Of a stretch of 64,000 nucleotides of DNA, positions 60,180-64,000 are shown piece after piece. Below the pieces are notes generated by a model. That model was not told where the DNA came from, made no database searches, and was given only the letters and a program-made list of their open reading frames with translations. Origin of the DNA: Antechinus flavipes (taxonomy: Eukaryota); NCBI RefSeq assembly GCF_016432865.1, contig NC_067398.1, positions 717,588,001 to 717,652,000 on the forward strand, in the 5' to 3' direction. Position 1 is the first letter of the stretch; every line of letters begins with the position of its first letter. A program made the translations under genes and the position numbers.

Positions 60180-62590
60180 ACTCACAGAGACGAAAATAGG
60201 GCAAGAGATTGAGTGAGAAAGATGGAAGAGATGGAACTAGAGAGAGAAATAGATGGTGAGTGTGTGTGTGAGAGAGGCAGAGACAGAGAGGCAGAGACAG
60301 AGACAGAGAGAAATAGGAGAGAGACAAAGAGAAATAGGCAGTGAAAGAGACAGAGATAAAGAGGAATAGATGAGAGTGGTAGAGACAGAAATAGAGACAG
60401 AATCAGAGAGGAAAATAGATGATGAGACAGAGACAGAGACAAAGAGAAATAGTGAAAGAGACAAAGACAGAGAGAAATAGATAGTGAAAGAGACAGAGAG
60501 AAATAGTGAAAGAGACAGAGAGAAATAGATAATGAAAGAGACAGAGGAGGAGAGAGAAATAGTGACAGAGACAGAGAGAGGAAAGAGACAGAGAGAAATA
60601 GATAGTGAAAGAGACAAAGAGAAATAGATAGTGAAAGAGACAGAGAGAAATAGTGAAAGAGACAGAGAGAAATAGATGGTGAAAGAGACAAAGAGAGAGA
60701 TAGTTGAAAGAGATAGAGAGATAGTGAAAGAGACAGCAAAATAGATAGTGAAAGAGACAGAGACAGAGAGAAATAAATAATGAAAGAGACAGAGAGAAAT
60801 AGATAGTGAAAGAGACAGAGAGAAATAGATAGTGAAAGAGACAGAGACAGAGAGAAACAGATAATGAAAGTCAGAGACAGAGATAAATAGATAGTGAAAG
60901 AGACAGAAATAGATAGTGAAAGAGACAGAGAAATAGTGAAAGAGACAGAGAGAAATAGATAGTGAAAGAGACAGAGAGAAATAGTGAAAGAGACAAAGAC
61001 AGAGAGAAATAGATAAAGAGACAGAGACAGAGAGAAATAGACAAGAGAGACAGAGCCAGAGAGGATAGGAAAGAGATAGAGGGAAAGTAGAGGGTGAGAA
61101 AGACAAAGAGAAATAAGAGGGAGAAAGAGACAAAGAGAAATAGTGAGAGAACCAGAGCCAGAAAGAAAAATAGATAGTGAGAGACAAAGAAATAGATAGT
61201 GAGAGAGACAGAGAGAAATGGATAGGAGAGAGACAAAGAGATAAATAGACAGTGAAAATAGAGAAATAGATGAGAGATATGGAGACAGAAAAATAATGAG
61301 AGAGAGAGAAATATGCAGTGAAAGAGACAGAGACGAAAGGAAATAGATGAGAGAAATGGAGACAGGCAGAGACAAATAGTGAGACAAGAGACAGAGAAAT
61401 AGATGGTGAATGAGAGACAGAGAGAATAGATAGTGAGAGAGAGAAATAGTGAGAGAGATAGAGATTAAGAGAAAAATAGAGAGTAAGAGAGTGACAGAGG
61501 CAGAGAAATAGTGAGAGAGACAGAGAGAAATGGATAAGAGAGAGACAGAAATAATGAAAGAGACAGAGAGATGCAAAGAGAAATAGATGGTGAATGTGAG
61601 AGGGACAGAGGCAGAGACAGAGAGAAATAGACAAGAGAAACAGAGCCAGAGAGGATAGGAAAGAGAGGGGAAAATAGAGGGTGAGAAAGACGAAGAGAAA
61701 TAAGAGAGAGAGAAACAAAGAGAAAATAGACTGTGAGAGAACCAGAAGCAGAGAGAAAAATAGATAGTGAGAGAGAGAGACAGAGACAGAGAAATAGTGA
61801 GAGGAACAGAGAAATGGATAGAAGAGAGACAAAGAGAGAAATAGTGAAAGAGACAGAGACAAAGAGAAATAGATGAGAGAGAGACAGGAATCGTGAGAGC
61901 CAGAGCCAGAGCCAGAGAGAAAAATAGATCATGAGTGAGAGAGACAGAGGCAGGGAGAAATAATTAAGGAAAAATACAAGAGACAGAGAAATAGATGGTG
62001 AGAGAGACAGAGGCAGAGACAGAAGATAAATAGATGGTGAGTGAGAGAGAGAGGAATGGATAGGTGAGAGACAAAAAGAGAAATAGACCAGAGATAGAAA
62101 CAAAGAGAATAGAAAGGAGGGAGACAAAGGAAGAGAAATAAGTGGTGAAAGGGACAGAGATAAAGAGAAAGACAAGAGACAGAGCCAGAAAGAAGAGAGA
62201 GGAGAGAGACAGAGGGAAAAATAGATGATGAGAGAGCCAGAGCCAGAGATAAAAAGATGGTGAAAGAGACAGAGATAAAGAGAAATAGAAGAGAAAGAGA
62301 GTCAGAGAGAATAGATACGAGAGAGACAGAGGGAGACAAATAGAGCATGAGAGAACCAGAGCCAGACAGAGCAAAACAGATGTGAAAGAGACAGCGATAA
62401 AGAGAAATAGATGATGAGAGAGACGGAGATGGAAATAAACAGAGAGACAAAATGAGAAATAGAAATAGAGATAGAGAAATAGCCAGTGAGACAGACACAG
62501 TGAGAGGACAAAGAGACTGAGGTTCAGGACAGAAGGATTAGAGAGAAAGCGGAAGGGAAGGGGGCCAGAGCCAGAGCCAGAGAGACCCTT
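60180..62590. repeat. 2.4-kb polypurine (GA/GATA/GACA) low-complexity satellite upstream of GSC2
   Basis: Repeats of GACAGAGAGAAATAGATAGTGAAAGA; an internal block near 61032 is duplicated near 61622. Confidence 0.92.
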
Positions 62591-64000
62591 GGGGACGAGA
62601 CACAGGGCAACTGGAGAAAAGACTAACAGCCAGGATGCATTTAGCTCCTTGAGGTTTGTCTGTTTTACAAGCATTAACTCATTTAATTTTCACAATGACT
62701 CCAGGAGGGAGATGCTTTTATTATTCCCATTTCACAGAAGTGGAAACAGGCCAAGAACGCCCAGAGTCAGAAGCTAGTGAGTGCCTGATGCTGGTTCCAG
62801 ACTGGGAGCTTCCTGACGCCAGGCCCATCCCGCTAAGTGTCCCCTGGGCCACCTAGTTGGCTCCAGTTAAACAGAAAGGGAACATTCTGGGAAAGAGAAG
62901 CTGGGACACAGGCAGAGAGGCACGAGGAGAGTCCCAGTCTGAGTCCTCTGCCACTCACTCTCATCCAGCGGGCAAAACGATGCCATCTTTGGGGGCCCTC
63001 CCAGTTGTCTTTCCTACCTTCAGGGTAATCTGCTGCTAAGGATGAGCTGGGGAGCATATCGCACCCACCCCCACCACCCCGTCTGCTTTTGAGGGAGGAA
63101 GGAAGGTAGCACAAATGGTGGACATCCAGTCATTGAGAGAGAGAGGCAGATCCAAAAGAACCACCAAAAAGTGAGATGAACTGCCTTGGGGCCCCCGGCC
63201 TGGAAGTTCGGTAAGAGGGTCATCAATTAAGAACTGAAAGGAGATCTTAGCGATCCCCCAGCCAGCCCCCTTGGTTCACTGAAGCCTAGAGCAAATAAGG
63301 GACCCATTCACAGGATGCTAGCCCTCAAGCTGGAAAAGGCCCCAGAAGCCATCTAGCTTGTCCCCACCATTTGACTGATAAAGAAACTGGCCCTTGAGAA
63401 AGTTGTTCTTGTCCAAGACACACAGAGGCAGGATTCAAACTCGGGGCCTCTGTCTACTGTACGCTTTCCCCTGTGCCATATTTCCCAAGGTAGTAAGCAG
63501 CATATTTGAACCCAGAGCCAGCTGTCTTTTCACTGGATAATGCTGCCTCTGAGAATGGGTGATGATTGATCATTTATCAATGGGTCAATGGATGAAAGAA
63601 TGCTAGCTCTCCCTCTGAGTCCCGGCCCTCCTTCCAACCTCTGGGATGACCTTTCTTTGCCAAATCCTGTCTTGCTGGAACTGGTTTTCTCCTAGCTGGA
63701 AAACCGTCACTGAGCTGTTGGGGGAGTTGTTGGGGAGCAGACATCGTGGTCCCTTGTCTGATGTGCCCGGTGGTCCCCGGAGACCGGCTCCCTCAGCCAA
63801 AGCCCACCTCTGGCACTCGCCAGCTACTGTCCTTGGCCTAAGGTCCTTATCCCTTAAAATGTGGCATCTTGAAGCCAAAAGGCAGTCAGAGACATTTAGT
63901 CCAACCTATTCCCAAAACAAAGAGCCCGTCCCCCTCAGCCTGGCAAGACCCCATTGACCCTGTGTTTGGAGACGTCCCTTCTGGGCTAGCCCATTCCAAC

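Overview
Mammalian, almost certainly marsupial, genomic DNA syntenic to human 22q11.2 (DiGeorge region). The marsupial call is inferred from Mar1-type CORE-SINE, marsupial L1 3' ends and an OC1-like MITE; a dasyurid is plausible but unproven. Four genes are supported. On the + strand are two intronless testis kinases, TSSK1 (13566-14666, with a 132-nt N gap) and TSSK2 (24364-25443). On the - strand are the 10-exon splicing factor ESS2/DGCR14 (CDS 45221 to 32667, 487 aa) and the 3-exon K50 homeobox gene GSC2 (CDS 59551 to 55184, 213 aa). The rest is L1/L2/SINE debris, a hAT MITE, a solo LTR, a retroposed mRNA 3'UTR, a 3.1-kb 59-bp VNTR and two large polypurine tracts. Most notable: (1) TSSK1 and TSSK2 share a 130-bp identical coding tract, an identical 37-bp upstream core with an upstream ATG, and homologous 3' ends, suggesting ongoing gene conversion and asymmetric uORF control; (2) a TSD-flanked, poly(A)-tailed 3'UTR-only retrocopy in ESS2 intron 7; (3) a K50-site cluster upstream of GSC2; (4) an unexplained ~170-bp inverted repeat pair around the solo LTR; (5) an ETS-like motif array in ESS2 intron 1. 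I found no clearly novel biological system; these are candidate regulatory and evolutionary observations.
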